In this document: positions 8,256 to 16,848 of the stretch, one piece after another
Layout of the letters: each line of letters begins with the position of its first letter
Position numbering within the stretch: position 1 is the first letter of the stretch
NCBI GenBank assembly: GCA_005889495.1
Contig: VBHA01000065.1
Location: 4,961 to 68,960 of the forward strand
Direction of reading: 5' to 3'
From: Chloroflexota bacterium
Lineage (GTDB): Bacteria; Chloroflexota; Dormibacteria; Dormibacterales; Dormibacteraceae
Length of the DNA: 64,000 bases
Notes under the pieces: generated by a model
What the model saw: only the letters and a program-made list of their open reading frames with translations
Database searches by the model: none
What the model was told of the DNA's origin: nothing
Translations under genes and position numbers: made by a program

Positions 8256-8942
8256 GTGTTCGGGCTCGCCCAATACGCTGCCTTCGCCGGCGTCTCCCTG
8301 GCGGTCATCTGCACCCCGGGACAGGACACCGCGCTGACCATTCGCAACACGCTCGCCGGCGGGCGCCACGCCGGCGTCGCCACCGCGTTCGGCGTGGCCG
8401 CGGGCCAGGCGACATGGACAGTGGCCACGGGCGCCGGACTCGCGGTCGTGCTCATGGCCTCGGCACCGTTGTTCTTCGTTGTCCGCCTGGCGGGCGCCGC
8501 GTACCTGATCTACCTCGGAACCCGGTCCCTGCTCAGGAGTCTCCCGCCCATTCGTGGGGAGGAGGCTCGTCTTCCCCATCTATGGGGAAGTGGCGCCGTC
8601 AGGCGCCGATGGGGCAGGGCCGCAGGGGCAGGGGCGGCCGGAGCTCGCGGCGCTTTCGCCCAGGGTTATCTCAGCAACCTTTCGAACGCCAAGATGGTTG
8701 CGTTCTTCGTCAGCCTCCTGCCTCCGTTCGCGGGACCGCACCCGAGCTTCATCCTGCTGCTGGCGCTCGGTTTCAACTTCTGCCTTCTGACGCTCGCATG
8801 GCTGACCGCGTACGCGTTCGCCGTGGAACGGATGCGACGATGGCTCGGGCTGTCCACGGTGAGGAAGACGATGGATGGTCTGCTCGGCGCCGTGCTGGTC
8901 GGCCTGGGGCTGCGCGTCGGCTCGGAAGCCCTGGCAGCCTAG
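8256..8942 (+). CDS. LysE/RhtB-family amino-acid exporter with an extended central loop
   Basis: Motifs TPGQDTALTIRNTL, AYLIYLG and GYLSNLSNAKMVAFF. The central loop is about 20 aa longer than I expect for the family, and the extra part coincides with a repeat element. Confidence 0.85.
   Translation: MFGLAQYAAFAGVSLAVICTPGQDTALTIRNTLAGGRHAGVATAFGVAAGQATWTVATGAGLAVVLMASAPLFFVVRLAGAAYLIYLGTRSLLRSLPPIRGEEARLPHLWGSGAVRRRWGRAAGAGAAGARGAFAQGYLSNLSNAKMVAFFVSLLPPFAGPHPSFILLLALGFNFCLLTLAWLTAYAFAVERMRRWLGLSTVRKTMDGLLGAVLVGLGLRVGSEALAA
8541..8625 (+). repeat. tandem-hairpin repeat family 3, copy A (inside the LysE CDS)
   Basis: A degenerate hairpin CTCCCGCCCATTCGTGGGGAGG lies at 8541-8562. It is followed by CTTCCCCAT-CT-ATGGGGAAG (8571-8590), then GGCGCC-GTCA-GGCGCC, then GATGGGGC. 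Related copies lie at 20586-20660 and 37862-37917. Confidence 0.7.
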
Positions 8943-8984
8943 ACTTACCGCCCAAAGGGCCGTTTTTGGACGAGGAGGACAGCG

Positions 8985-9374
8985 ATGCCTAGGGCCAAGC
9001 AGCTGACGCTTTCGGTCGCCGACCGGCCGGGGATGCTCGGAGACATTGCGACCGCGTTGGGCGAGAAGAAGGTCAACATCGTCGGGTTGTGCGCGGCCAC
9101 GCAGGATGGCGGCGGAATGATCTGGATGGTGGTCGACAAGCCGGCCGCAGCCAGGAAGGTCTTCGCCAAGCAGGGCTGGCAGGCGGCTGAGGAGGAAGTC
9201 CTCGCAGTCACCCTCTCGGACTCGCCGGGCTCGCTCGGCCGCTTCGCCTCGAAGCTCGGCAAGGCCGGCGTCAACATCACCTTTGTCTACGCCGGCTCGG
9301 CCGGGAGCGCGCGAAAGCTCAACGCCTACTTCGGGGTTTCGGACCTCAAGGCGGCGCTCAAGGTCAGGCCCTGA
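8985..9374 (+). CDS. ACT-domain protein (two ACT-like repeats)
   Basis: LTLSVADRPGMLGDIATALGEKKVNI and VTLSDSPGSLGRFASKLGKAGVNI are two ACT-type beta-alpha-beta units. Confidence 0.7.
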   Translation: MPRAKQLTLSVADRPGMLGDIATALGEKKVNIVGLCAATQDGGGMIWMVVDKPAAARKVFAKQGWQAAEEEVLAVTLSDSPGSLGRFASKLGKAGVNITFVYAGSAGSARKLNAYFGVSDLKAALKVRP

Positions 9375-9999
9375 TCGCGTAGTCGCCCAGGCCGCGTTCG
9401 AGACGGCCGAAAGCGCGGCGCCCCTGCTTGCGGAAGTCCTCAACCAGCTCCGCCCCGCGGCGGCCGGCCGCGACCCGTGCCCGGGTATGCGCCACCAGGG
9501 CACGATGCGCGGCCATCAAGATCGCCGCGGCGAGGAGCGGTTCGACGTCGTCCGGACTCGATCGAGTCTCCTCGGCGAGCACCTCTGCCAGCCCGCGTGT
9601 GAACTCGTCGACGATCTCACGCTCGCGCGCCCGGAGTGACGGGCTCGAGGCCATCGCCCGGCCCGCGGTGAGAATGGCGTCGATCCGCTGTTTCACAGCC
9701 AGGTTTTCCGCACCTTCCAGCACCCGCCGCCGAAAAGCCTTGAGCGCGCTCTCGCCATGTGTTCGGTCGCGTACGGCCTGGACGAGTCGCTCCTCAAAGA
9801 ACTGCATGCCCGCGTAGAAGAGGTCTTCCTTGGTCGGGAAGTAGTTGAAGACGGTCATGGCCGAGACATCGGCCGCACGCGCGATCGCCGCCACGGTCAC
9901 AGCTTCGAAGCCATGCTTCGCGAAGAGGCGCTGCGAGGCTTCGAAGATCTCCTGGCGCGTCTGCTGCTTCTTCCGTTCTCGCAGCCCGGCTGTCGCCAC
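9364..9999 (-). CDS. TetR-family transcriptional regulator
   Basis: The N-terminal HTH reads RKKQQTRQEIFEASQRLFAKHGFEAVTVAAIARAADVSAMTVFNYFPTKEDLF. GTG start. It is divergent from the membrane protein + MFS pair. Confidence 0.9.
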   Translation of the reverse strand: MATAGLRERKKQQTRQEIFEASQRLFAKHGFEAVTVAAIARAADVSAMTVFNYFPTKEDLFYAGMQFFEERLVQAVRDRTHGESALKAFRRRVLEGAENLAVKQRIDAILTAGRAMASSPSLRAREREIVDEFTRGLAEVLAEETRSSPDDVEPLLAAAILMAAHRALVAHTRARVAAGRRGAELVEDFRKQGRRAFGRLERGLGDYAIRA

Positions 10000-10021
10000 G
10001 CTCCCATGGTAGCCGAAATAG

Positions 10022-10053
10022 CTTTAGTCGCATAATAGTTATAGTCACTAAAG
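10022..10053. promoter_or_regulatory. candidate TetR operator (inverted repeat) in the divergent promoter region
   Basis: CTTTAGTCGC (10022-10031) and GTCACTAAAG (10044-10053) are inverted repeats (8 of 10 positions). They flank an AT-rich core, between the TetR start (9999) and gene 10088. Confidence 0.45.
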
Positions 10054-10087
10054 TTTCCAGACAGAAGGCTGGTTGGAGGTAAGACCG

Positions 10088-10399
10088 ATGAGCTTGTATT
10101 CGGGTCTCTACATGGCGGCGACGGGCCCGGGATGGGCCCCCTGGGCCGGTGTCGGGCTGGTGTCGTATGTCCTGATCGCCGCGGTCGGAGCGTACACGGG
10201 CATCAGCGTCATGCGCGGCCGGATGGCCCCGAGTGCGGCCGCCATCTCGTGGCTCGCCCGGACCGGCATCGCGCTCGGCGTCGTCTTCGACATGACCGTC
10301 AAGCCCGGCCTGGTGGGTTCGATCACGGCGGTGGTGGTGGCGGTTGCGATCGCGCTCATAGCGGCCGTGCCCACCTTGCGCGCGGTGCGCCCTGCATGA
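10088..10399 (+). CDS. small integral membrane protein
   Basis: ATG 10088 lies 7 nt after GGAGGT. Three hydrophobic segments are present. The stop overlaps the MFS start (ATGA). Confidence 0.55.
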   Translation: MSLYSGLYMAATGPGWAPWAGVGLVSYVLIAAVGAYTGISVMRGRMAPSAAAISWLARTGIALGVVFDMTVKPGLVGSITAVVVAVAIALIAAVPTLRAVRPA

Positions 10400-11793
10400 A
10401 CGCGGTCGCGTCGACGCAGGCGGCCGCGCCCAATCGACGCTGGCTGGCGCTCGGCTTCATCGCGCTGGCGCAGCTGCTGATCGCGCTGGATGCCACCATC
10501 GTCAGCATCGCCCTACCGTCGGCGCAGGCGGCCTTCGGCGCCTCTGACGCCGACCGCCAGTGGGTGATCACGGCTTACTCCCTGTCCTTCGCGGGCCTGC
10601 TTCTCCTCGGCGGCCGGATCGCCGACATCGCGGGCCGCAAGCGAGCTTTCATGGTCGGGCTGTTCGGGTTTGCGATCGCGTCCGCCGTGGGCGGCGCGGC
10701 GCCCAGCTTTGCGGTCCTCGTCGCCGCCCGCGCGATGCAGGGCGCGTTCGCCGCGCTGCTGGCACCGGCTGCCCTCTCGCTGCTCGCGGTCACATTCACC
10801 GAGGCCCGCGAGCGGGCGACCGCGTTCGCGGTCTATGGCTCGATCGCCGGCAGCGGGGCGGCGATCGGACTGCTGCTCGGCGGTGCGCTGACCCAGTACT
10901 TCACGTGGCGCTGGTGCCTGTACGCCAGCCTGCCGATCGCGTTGGCGGCCGCCGCGGGCGGTTGGTTTGCCGTGCCGGATTCCACACGCAGGGACCGCTT
11001 CCAGGTCGACGTCGTCGGGGCTCTGCTGGCCACGGCCGGCCTCGCCGCCCTCGTCTACGCTTGCGCCCGCGCATCTTTGCCTTTTGGCGCGCTGAGCGCG
11101 GTCTTGCTTGCGCTCTTCGTGGTCCGGGAAGCGCGGACGCCGGCGCCGCTGCTCCCCCTCCGCATCCTCAACGACCGCACCCGGGCGGGTGTCTACCTGA
11201 CTGTGATCTGCGCCATCGCCGGCATGTTCGGGGCGTTTCTGTTTCTCACGTATTTCATGCAGGTCGTCCTGCGTCTGACCCCGCTGCAGGCGGGCCTCGG
11301 GTTCCTGCCCATGACCGTCGCCTCCCAGGCCGGTTCGTGGCTGATCGCGAGCCGGCTCATGCCCCACGTCGCGCCTCGCGTGCTGATGGCGCCGGGCGCG
11401 CTCGTGGCTGCGGCCGGGATGGCCTGGCTGACCCAGCTGCGGGCCGACGGCTCCTACCCGACGCTGGTGCTGCCGGCCGAGGTCCTGCTCGGCGTCGGCA
11501 CCTCGTGCGTGATGGTTGCCGCCTTCAGCACGGCGACCCAGCGGATCGAGCCCCGCGAGGCTGGGATCGCCTCGGCGACGGTCAACACCGCCCAACAGGT
11601 CGGAGGCTCTCTAGGCGCCGCCCTGCTCAACGCAATCGCGATCGCTGCGAGCGCGGGTTTCACCGGCGCTCGAGCCGCCGGGATCGTGCACGGCTTCGCG
11701 GTCGCCGCAGGTGCGGGAGTCGTGATCCTGGTCGCGGGCGCGTTCTTCGCCGCGCTCCTGATCACCGCCCCGAGGCCCTTGACAAGAGCCTGA
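10396..11793 (+). CDS. MFS transporter, DHA2 (EmrB/QacA-like) drug:H+ antiporter family
   Basis: Motifs LDATIVSIALPS, GGRIADIAGRKRAF and about 14 TM segments. The N-terminal part of ORF 10132..11793 is out-of-context Arg-rich sequence, so the start is placed at ATG 10396. Confidence 0.9.
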   Translation: MNAVASTQAAAPNRRWLALGFIALAQLLIALDATIVSIALPSAQAAFGASDADRQWVITAYSLSFAGLLLLGGRIADIAGRKRAFMVGLFGFAIASAVGGAAPSFAVLVAARAMQGAFAALLAPAALSLLAVTFTEARERATAFAVYGSIAGSGAAIGLLLGGALTQYFTWRWCLYASLPIALAAAAGGWFAVPDSTRRDRFQVDVVGALLATAGLAALVYACARASLPFGALSAVLLALFVVREARTPAPLLPLRILNDRTRAGVYLTVICAIAGMFGAFLFLTYFMQVVLRLTPLQAGLGFLPMTVASQAGSWLIASRLMPHVAPRVLMAPGALVAAAGMAWLTQLRADGSYPTLVLPAEVLLGVGTSCVMVAAFSTATQRIEPREAGIASATVNTAQQVGGSLGAALLNAIAIAASAGFTGARAAGIVHGFAVAAGAGVVILVAGAFFAALLITAPRPLTRA

Positions 11794-11841
11794 CCGGGCG
11801 GTATTCTACCGAGTAGTTAATTAGCCAGGTAGATAAATACG

Positions 11842-12216
11842 ATGACTTCCGATCCCCTGAGCGTCACGTTTGCAGCCCTCGCCGACCCCACGCGGCGAGC
11901 GATCCTGGCCCGTCTCGCCGAGGGTCAGGCTTCGGTCACGGAGCTGGCCAAGCCGTTCGACCTGAGCCTGCCCGGCATCAGCAAACACCTGAAAGTGCTG
12001 CAGCGCGCCGGCCTGATCACTCAGAGCCGCAACGCGCAGTGGCGGCCGTGCCGCCTCGAGGGCGGGCGCCTCAAGGAGGCGTCTGATTGGGTGGGGGAGT
12101 ACCGGCGCTTCTGGGACGAGAGCTTCCAGCGCCTCGACGATGTTCTGCAGGATCTCATTCAAGAGGAGAAGAATCGACATGACGACGCAGGGAGAAAAGA
12201 CGATGCCCAAGACTGA
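11842..12216 (+). CDS. ArsR/SmtB-family transcriptional regulator
   Basis: FAALADPTRRAILARLAEGQASVTELAKPFDLSLPGISKHLKVLQRAGLI. Confidence 0.9.
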   Translation: MTSDPLSVTFAALADPTRRAILARLAEGQASVTELAKPFDLSLPGISKHLKVLQRAGLITQSRNAQWRPCRLEGGRLKEASDWVGEYRRFWDESFQRLDDVLQDLIQEEKNRHDDAGRKDDAQD

Positions 12217-12685
12217 GTATGTGATCGAGCCCGGAAAGATGGACATCACGACGACCACGGTCATCGACGCGCCGCGAGAGCTGGTCTTCAAGGCCTACAC
12301 CGACCCGAAGCTGTTCGCGCGGTGGTGGGGCCCGCGTCGCTACAGGGCCGACATCGAGAAGTTCGAGTCCAGGCCAGGAGGCGAGTGGAGCGTCGCGCAC
12401 GTAGGCGAGGATGGAAGCCGGCACGCGTTCCGAGGCGTCAACCACGACGTGGTGACGCCGGAGCGGATCTGCCAGACCTTCGAGTACCTCGGAGTCCCGG
12501 GGCACGTGGCGCTGCAGACCGCGGCCTTCGAGCCAGTCGGCAACAAGACCAGGATCACGGTCCAGATCGTGTTTCAGTCGGTCATGGACCGAGACGGCAT
12601 GGTCGCCTCGGGCATGGAGTCGGGCGCGGACGAGTCGATGGAGCGGCTGGCCGAGCTGCTCGACGAGATGAAGCCCGGCAAATGA
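12179..12685 (+). CDS. SRPBCC-superfamily protein (AHSA1/Aha1-like)
   Basis: VIDAPRELVFKAYTDPKLFARWWGP is typical of this family. ATG 12179 lies after AAGAGGAGAAG. The ArsR + SRPBCC pairing is typical. Confidence 0.85.
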   Translation: MTTQGEKTMPKTEYVIEPGKMDITTTTVIDAPRELVFKAYTDPKLFARWWGPRRYRADIEKFESRPGGEWSVAHVGEDGSRHAFRGVNHDVVTPERICQTFEYLGVPGHVALQTAAFEPVGNKTRITVQIVFQSVMDRDGMVASGMESGADESMERLAELLDEMKPGK

Positions 12686-13107
12686 CCAGGAACTCAGTCG
12701 ACGCTTACATCGCGGCTGCGCCCAAAGCGGCGCAGCCGCACCTCCGCCAGCTGCGGGCCGTTATCAAAGAGGCGGCCCCGAAGGCCGAGGAGAGGATCAG
12801 CTACGGCATCGTCGGCTACTTCTACCCGACGCGCATGGTCTACTTCGGCGGACATGCGAAGCACGTCGCACTCTATCCCGCCGGCGACGCCAAGGGACTG
12901 GAGAAGTACCTGTACGGGGCGTCGACCCTGCGCTTCCCGCTCGACGAGCCCCTGCCGATAGCCAGGATCAAGTCGCTGGTCAGGGCTCGCGTGAAGGAGC
13001 GCGACGCGAAGGGCTCACGAACTGTGGCAGCCGCTGCCCCTTCGTCGAGTGCTCGGTCAGCAAAGCGAGCCTCCGCTGCCGCGTCTCCTCGCGCTTCGCG
13101 CTCATGA
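12682..13107 (+). CDS. DUF1801 (YdhG-like) domain protein
   Basis: VDAYIAAAPKAAQPHLRQLRAVIKEAAPKAEERISYGIVGY. The ATG overlaps the upstream stop (ATGA). The Ala/Ser/Arg-rich tail overlaps the convergent gene by 128 nt. Confidence 0.7.
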   Translation: MTRNSVDAYIAAAPKAAQPHLRQLRAVIKEAAPKAEERISYGIVGYFYPTRMVYFGGHAKHVALYPAGDAKGLEKYLYGASTLRFPLDEPLPIARIKSLVRARVKERDAKGSRTVAAAAPSSSARSAKRASAAASPRASRS

Positions 13108-13591
13108 CCCAGAACGCCGCCGTCGCGCGATAGGACGGCGGCTGGGCCTCGAAGAACTTCCACGCGGCTTTGCGCTTGCGAAAGGCAGCCGCGGTCGCTG
13201 CGTCGAAGCCTCGTGACCGGTTCTCGTAGGAGTAGATTCGGGAGCGCGACTCGTCGCGCTTCGCGAACGCCGCCCGGCCGCTGGGGTGGACAAGGCTCAT
13301 CTCTTCCAGCTCCTCGAAGCGCTTGATGTTGATGGCGCTCCAGACGCTGCCCTTGCGGCGCGGCGTGATGCGCTGTGCCGAGCTGTCGTCGCCCAGCGAG
13401 TAGCGGACGCTGTCGATCCAGCCGAAGCAGAGCTCCTGGTCGACCACGTCCTGCCAGCTGACCGACGGCCTTCCGGTCCGCTTGCGGTGGTAGCCGACCC
13501 ACAGCTCGGTCGCGGAGGCGTGGTTCGCCTCGAACCACGCGCGCAGGTCGGCGGCCGTCTCGAAAAACGTCACGTTGCGAGGCGTCGGCAT
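12980..13591 (-). CDS. YdeI/OmdA-family (bacteriocin-protection-like) protein
   Basis: MPTPRNVTFFETAADLRAWFEANH...ELWVGYHRK...CFGWIDS. Start taken at the internal ATG 13591. Confidence 0.8.
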   Translation of the reverse strand: MPTPRNVTFFETAADLRAWFEANHASATELWVGYHRKRTGRPSVSWQDVVDQELCFGWIDSVRYSLGDDSSAQRITPRRKGSVWSAINIKRFEELEEMSLVHPSGRAAFAKRDESRSRIYSYENRSRGFDAATAAAFRKRKAAWKFFEAQPPSYRATAAFWVMSAKREETRQRRLALLTEHSTKGQRLPQFVSPSRRAPSREP

Positions 13592-13608
13592 GCCGCGACA
13601 ATCTACGC

Positions 13609-14256
13609 GTGGCCGAGCCGTCCAGCCAGAGCACCTACTACAACGAGATCGCCGGCGCAAGCATCCACCGCCTCGCCGGGATCTCCGACGGGATCTTCGC
13701 CGTGGGCATGACCATCCTCGTGCTGACCCTCGCGGTGCCGGCCGCGAACGAGGTCAGGACCGACTCCGACCTGTGGAAGGCCCTGGTGCACCTGCTCCCG
13801 GGCGTGGTCACGTACTTCATGAGCTTCCTGACGCTGGGCATCTTCTGGGTCGGCCAGCAGACGCAGCTCAGCCAGGTCGAACGCTCCGATCGCGACTACA
13901 CCTGGATCAACCTCGCGTTCCTGCTGTTCGTCACGCTCGTGCCGTTCTCGACGGCCCTGCTGGCGGCTTTCTATCAGTCGCGGATCGCCCTCGTCGAATA
14001 CTGGCTGAACATCCTGGTCCTCGGCGTCCTGATCCTCGCCGGCGCCGAGTACGCGGCTCGGACCCATCTATTCAACGAAGCCCGGCGCACGATCATCATC
14101 CATGCCGTCCGCCGCCGGGTGTACACCGCCCAGGGGCTCTATCTCGCGGCCACCGTGCTGTGCTTCGTGGACACGCGCCTGAGCATCGGCCTGATCGTGC
14201 TCATCCAGCTCAACTACGCAGTGGCGCCGCGGATCCCGTTCCTGCGCCGGCTTTGA
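13609..14256 (+). CDS. TMEM175/DUF1211-family potassium channel
   Basis: The signature RLAGISDGIFAVGMTILVL (RxxxFSD-type helix 1) is present, with six TM segments. Confidence 0.85.
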   Translation: MAEPSSQSTYYNEIAGASIHRLAGISDGIFAVGMTILVLTLAVPAANEVRTDSDLWKALVHLLPGVVTYFMSFLTLGIFWVGQQTQLSQVERSDRDYTWINLAFLLFVTLVPFSTALLAAFYQSRIALVEYWLNILVLGVLILAGAEYAARTHLFNEARRTIIIHAVRRRVYTAQGLYLAATVLCFVDTRLSIGLIVLIQLNYAVAPRIPFLRRL

Positions 14257-14285
14257 CGGCTGAACGAACAAGCCCGATCAATAGA

Positions 14286-15023
14286 ATGCCCGACGTGATG
14301 GCCGCCGACGACCCACTTCCGCGCGGCGCCCTGTCGGGCAAGGTGGCGGTGGTCGTGGGCGGTGCCAGCGGGATGGGAAGGACCGCCGCCAAAGCGCTGG
14401 CCCTCCAGGGGGCGCGGATCGTGATCGCGGATTTCGACCACGCCCGCATGGAGCGGACGGTGGGGGAGATCCTGCACCTCGGCAGCTCTGACGCGGCCCT
14501 CGCCCTGCCCACCGACGTGCGGAACGACCGCTCCGTCGCCTCCATGGCCGGCGATGCCATCAAGGCGATGGGTCAGGTCGACATCCTCCTCAACATGGCG
14601 GGGGTCTTCCTGCAGGGCCCGCTGCAGCGCATCAAGACCGGTGACTGGCGCTGGGTCATCGAGACCAACCTGCTGGGCGCGGTCCGCACCACGACGGCGC
14701 TCGTGCCCCACATGGCCGCGCGCGGCTCCGGCCACATCGTCAACGCCGTGAGCGTCGGCGTCGTCTCGCCGCTGACGATCGCGTACGACTCGTGCTCCGC
14801 CGCCCTGGCGGCGTTCACCAACGCCCTCGCCGAGGAGATGAAAGGAAAGGGTGTGACGGTGTCGCTCTTCCCGATCGGTCCGGGCGGGCCGCGCATCGGC
14901 CAGAACACACGGTCGCGGGGCATGGGACGGTTGCTGCACCCTGCCGGCGATCTCGAAGAGGCCACTGCACCGAATGGGCAGCTCGTCGACCAGCTGATCG
15001 ACCTGCTCCACGTGAGCCGGTGA
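14286..15023 (+). CDS. short-chain dehydrogenase/reductase family protein (atypical active site)
   Basis: VVVGGASGMGRTAA (TGxxxGxG-like), NMAG and NAVS are present. The expected YxxxK reads YDSCS, so there is no Lys. Start at ATG 14286. Confidence 0.85.
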   Translation: MPDVMAADDPLPRGALSGKVAVVVGGASGMGRTAAKALALQGARIVIADFDHARMERTVGEILHLGSSDAALALPTDVRNDRSVASMAGDAIKAMGQVDILLNMAGVFLQGPLQRIKTGDWRWVIETNLLGAVRTTTALVPHMAARGSGHIVNAVSVGVVSPLTIAYDSCSAALAAFTNALAEEMKGKGVTVSLFPIGPGGPRIGQNTRSRGMGRLLHPAGDLEEATAPNGQLVDQLIDLLHVSR

Positions 15024-16759
15024 ACGTTCCGACCGACCTCCTATCGAGCATCGGCATATGCGTCGGCGCGGCGGCGTTGATCGCCGCGGTCACCTGGCGC
15101 TTCAAGCAGCCGCTGATCATCGCCTACCTCGCGACGGGCGTGATCATCGGCCCGCACATCGGGCTGCGTTGGATCACCAACGACGAGAGCATCCGCACCG
15201 TCGCCGAGATCGGGCTGATCCTGCTCCTGTTCGTCATCGGGCTCGAGATCGACCTGCGGAAGATGGCGTCGGGCGGACCGGCGGTGCTCCTGACGGGAGC
15301 TCTGCAGGTCCCGATCTGTGCCGCGCTTGGGCTCGGCTTCTTCGCTCTGCTCGGTGTCGGCAACTCGGCCGGCAACTACGCGCTGCTCTACCTGGCCGCG
15401 TGCATGAGCCTGTCGAGCACCCTGGTCGTCGTCAAGATCCTCAACGACAAGTTCGAGCTCGACACGCTGCCGGGCCGGATCACCCTCGGCGTGCTGGTCA
15501 TCCAGGACCTGTGGGCGGTGGGGATGCTTGCGGTCCAACCGAACATCCTGAATCCGAACTTCGTCCCTCTCCTCGGCTCGCTGTGGCGCGGCGCTGTGCT
15601 CGTGGTCGCCGGCTTCGCGCTCGCCAAGTACGCGCTTCCTTACCTGTTCCGGACGGTGGCCAAGGCGCCCGAGCTCGTGCTCGTCTCGGCCCTCGGCTGG
15701 TGCTTCTTCCTCGCCGGCGCGGCGAGCCTGATCGGCCTGTCGCGGGAGATGGGCGCCCTGATCGCGGGCGTGAGCCTCTCCACCTTCCCCTACAACGTGG
15801 ACGTGGCCGCCAAGGCGGTCAGCATCCGCGACTTCTTCGTCACCCTCTTCTTCGTCGCGCTAGGGATGCAGATCACGATCCCGAGCATCCAGGTGCTGGA
15901 GCTCTCGCTTGCTGCATCCGTCTTCGTGATCGTGAGCCGTGTTGTGGTCGTGCCAATCCTCTACGCGCTCCGGCTGGGATTGCGGACGAGCATCGTCCCC
16001 GCGATCAACCTGGCCCAGGTGAGCGAGTTCTCGATCGTCATCGCGTCGCTCGGCGTGACGCTGCACCAGATCAACCAGGATGTGCTGACGGTCGTGATCA
16101 TCTCGTTCGCGGTGACCTCGGTCGTCTCCACCTACATGATCAACGCCAGTCACTGGATCCAGCATTTGCTGGCGACCGGCTTCAAGGCGTTGGGGCTTAA
16201 GGACCTCGACTCCGCGGCGGGCCGCGACGAGGAGGCCGCGGTCCATCAGCCGGTGATCTTCCTCGGCTTCTTCCGGGACGCCAGCTCCATCCTCTATGAG
16301 TTCGAGCACGAGGGCTCGGTCGAGGAGGCAAAGCAGTTCATCGACAAGATCCTCGTGATCGACTTCAACCCGACGGTCATGCGGGAGCTGCGGAGGCGGA
16401 ACATCAAGTGCGTCTACGGCGACATCGCGCACGCTGACACGCTGCGCCACGCCGGCGTCGAGCACGCCCAGCTGGTCGTCTCGAGCATCACCGACGACGT
16501 GCTGCGCGGGACGAGCAACCTGCGCCTGATGAACAGCGTCCACACCCATGCTCCAAACGCGCGCGTGGTGCTGACCTCCGACCACATTCCCCAGGCGTTG
16601 CGCTTCTACGAGGAGGGCGCCGATTTCGTCTTCGTGCCGCGGCTGTACTCCGCCGCCGCCTGCGCCCGGATCCTGCGCAAGGGCCTGAACGGGGGCTTCG
16701 AAGAGATCCGTTCCCAGGCGATCGAGCATCTCTCGCACCGGCAAGAAGTCCTGGCCTGA
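15020..16759 (+). CDS. CPA2-family cation:proton antiporter with C-terminal RCK/TrkA-N domain
   Basis: GTG 15020 overlaps the SDR stop (GTGA). The N-terminus PLIIAYLATGVIIGPH is followed by ~12 TM segments and a Rossmann-like region (VIFLGFFRDASSILYEF...CVYGDIAHADTL). Confidence 0.9.
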   Translation: MNVPTDLLSSIGICVGAAALIAAVTWRFKQPLIIAYLATGVIIGPHIGLRWITNDESIRTVAEIGLILLLFVIGLEIDLRKMASGGPAVLLTGALQVPICAALGLGFFALLGVGNSAGNYALLYLAACMSLSSTLVVVKILNDKFELDTLPGRITLGVLVIQDLWAVGMLAVQPNILNPNFVPLLGSLWRGAVLVVAGFALAKYALPYLFRTVAKAPELVLVSALGWCFFLAGAASLIGLSREMGALIAGVSLSTFPYNVDVAAKAVSIRDFFVTLFFVALGMQITIPSIQVLELSLAASVFVIVSRVVVVPILYALRLGLRTSIVPAINLAQVSEFSIVIASLGVTLHQINQDVLTVVIISFAVTSVVSTYMINASHWIQHLLATGFKALGLKDLDSAAGRDEEAAVHQPVIFLGFFRDASSILYEFEHEGSVEEAKQFIDKILVIDFNPTVMRELRRRNIKCVYGDIAHADTLRHAGVEHAQLVVSSITDDVLRGTSNLRLMNSVHTHAPNARVVLTSDHIPQALRFYEEGADFVFVPRLYSAAACARILRKGLNGGFEEIRSQAIEHLSHRQEVLA

Positions 16760-16763
16760 CCCC

Positions 16764-16823
16764 GGATAGTCCGGACTATCCTGCGGTGTCCGGGCCCAAA
16801 AGTGTGGACAGTCCAGACTATCC
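16764..16823. repeat. palindromic doublet repeat family 1, copy a
   Basis: The perfect 18-bp palindrome GGATAGTCCGGACTATCC lies at 16764-16781. GGACAGTCCAGACTATCC lies at 16806-16823, with starts 42 bp apart. The element sits in the 89-nt gap between the antiporter and MpaB genes. Confidence 0.85.
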
Positions 16824-16848
16824 GCCGTCTCGGTATCGTGGCGATGCG

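Noticed and set aside
12980-13107. The 128-nt convergent overlap between the DUF1801 and YdeI genes, as a possible antisense regulatory arrangement.
   Set aside because: Both tails are low-complexity extensions beyond the conserved domains. This is most simply explained by late stop codons in GC-rich DNA.
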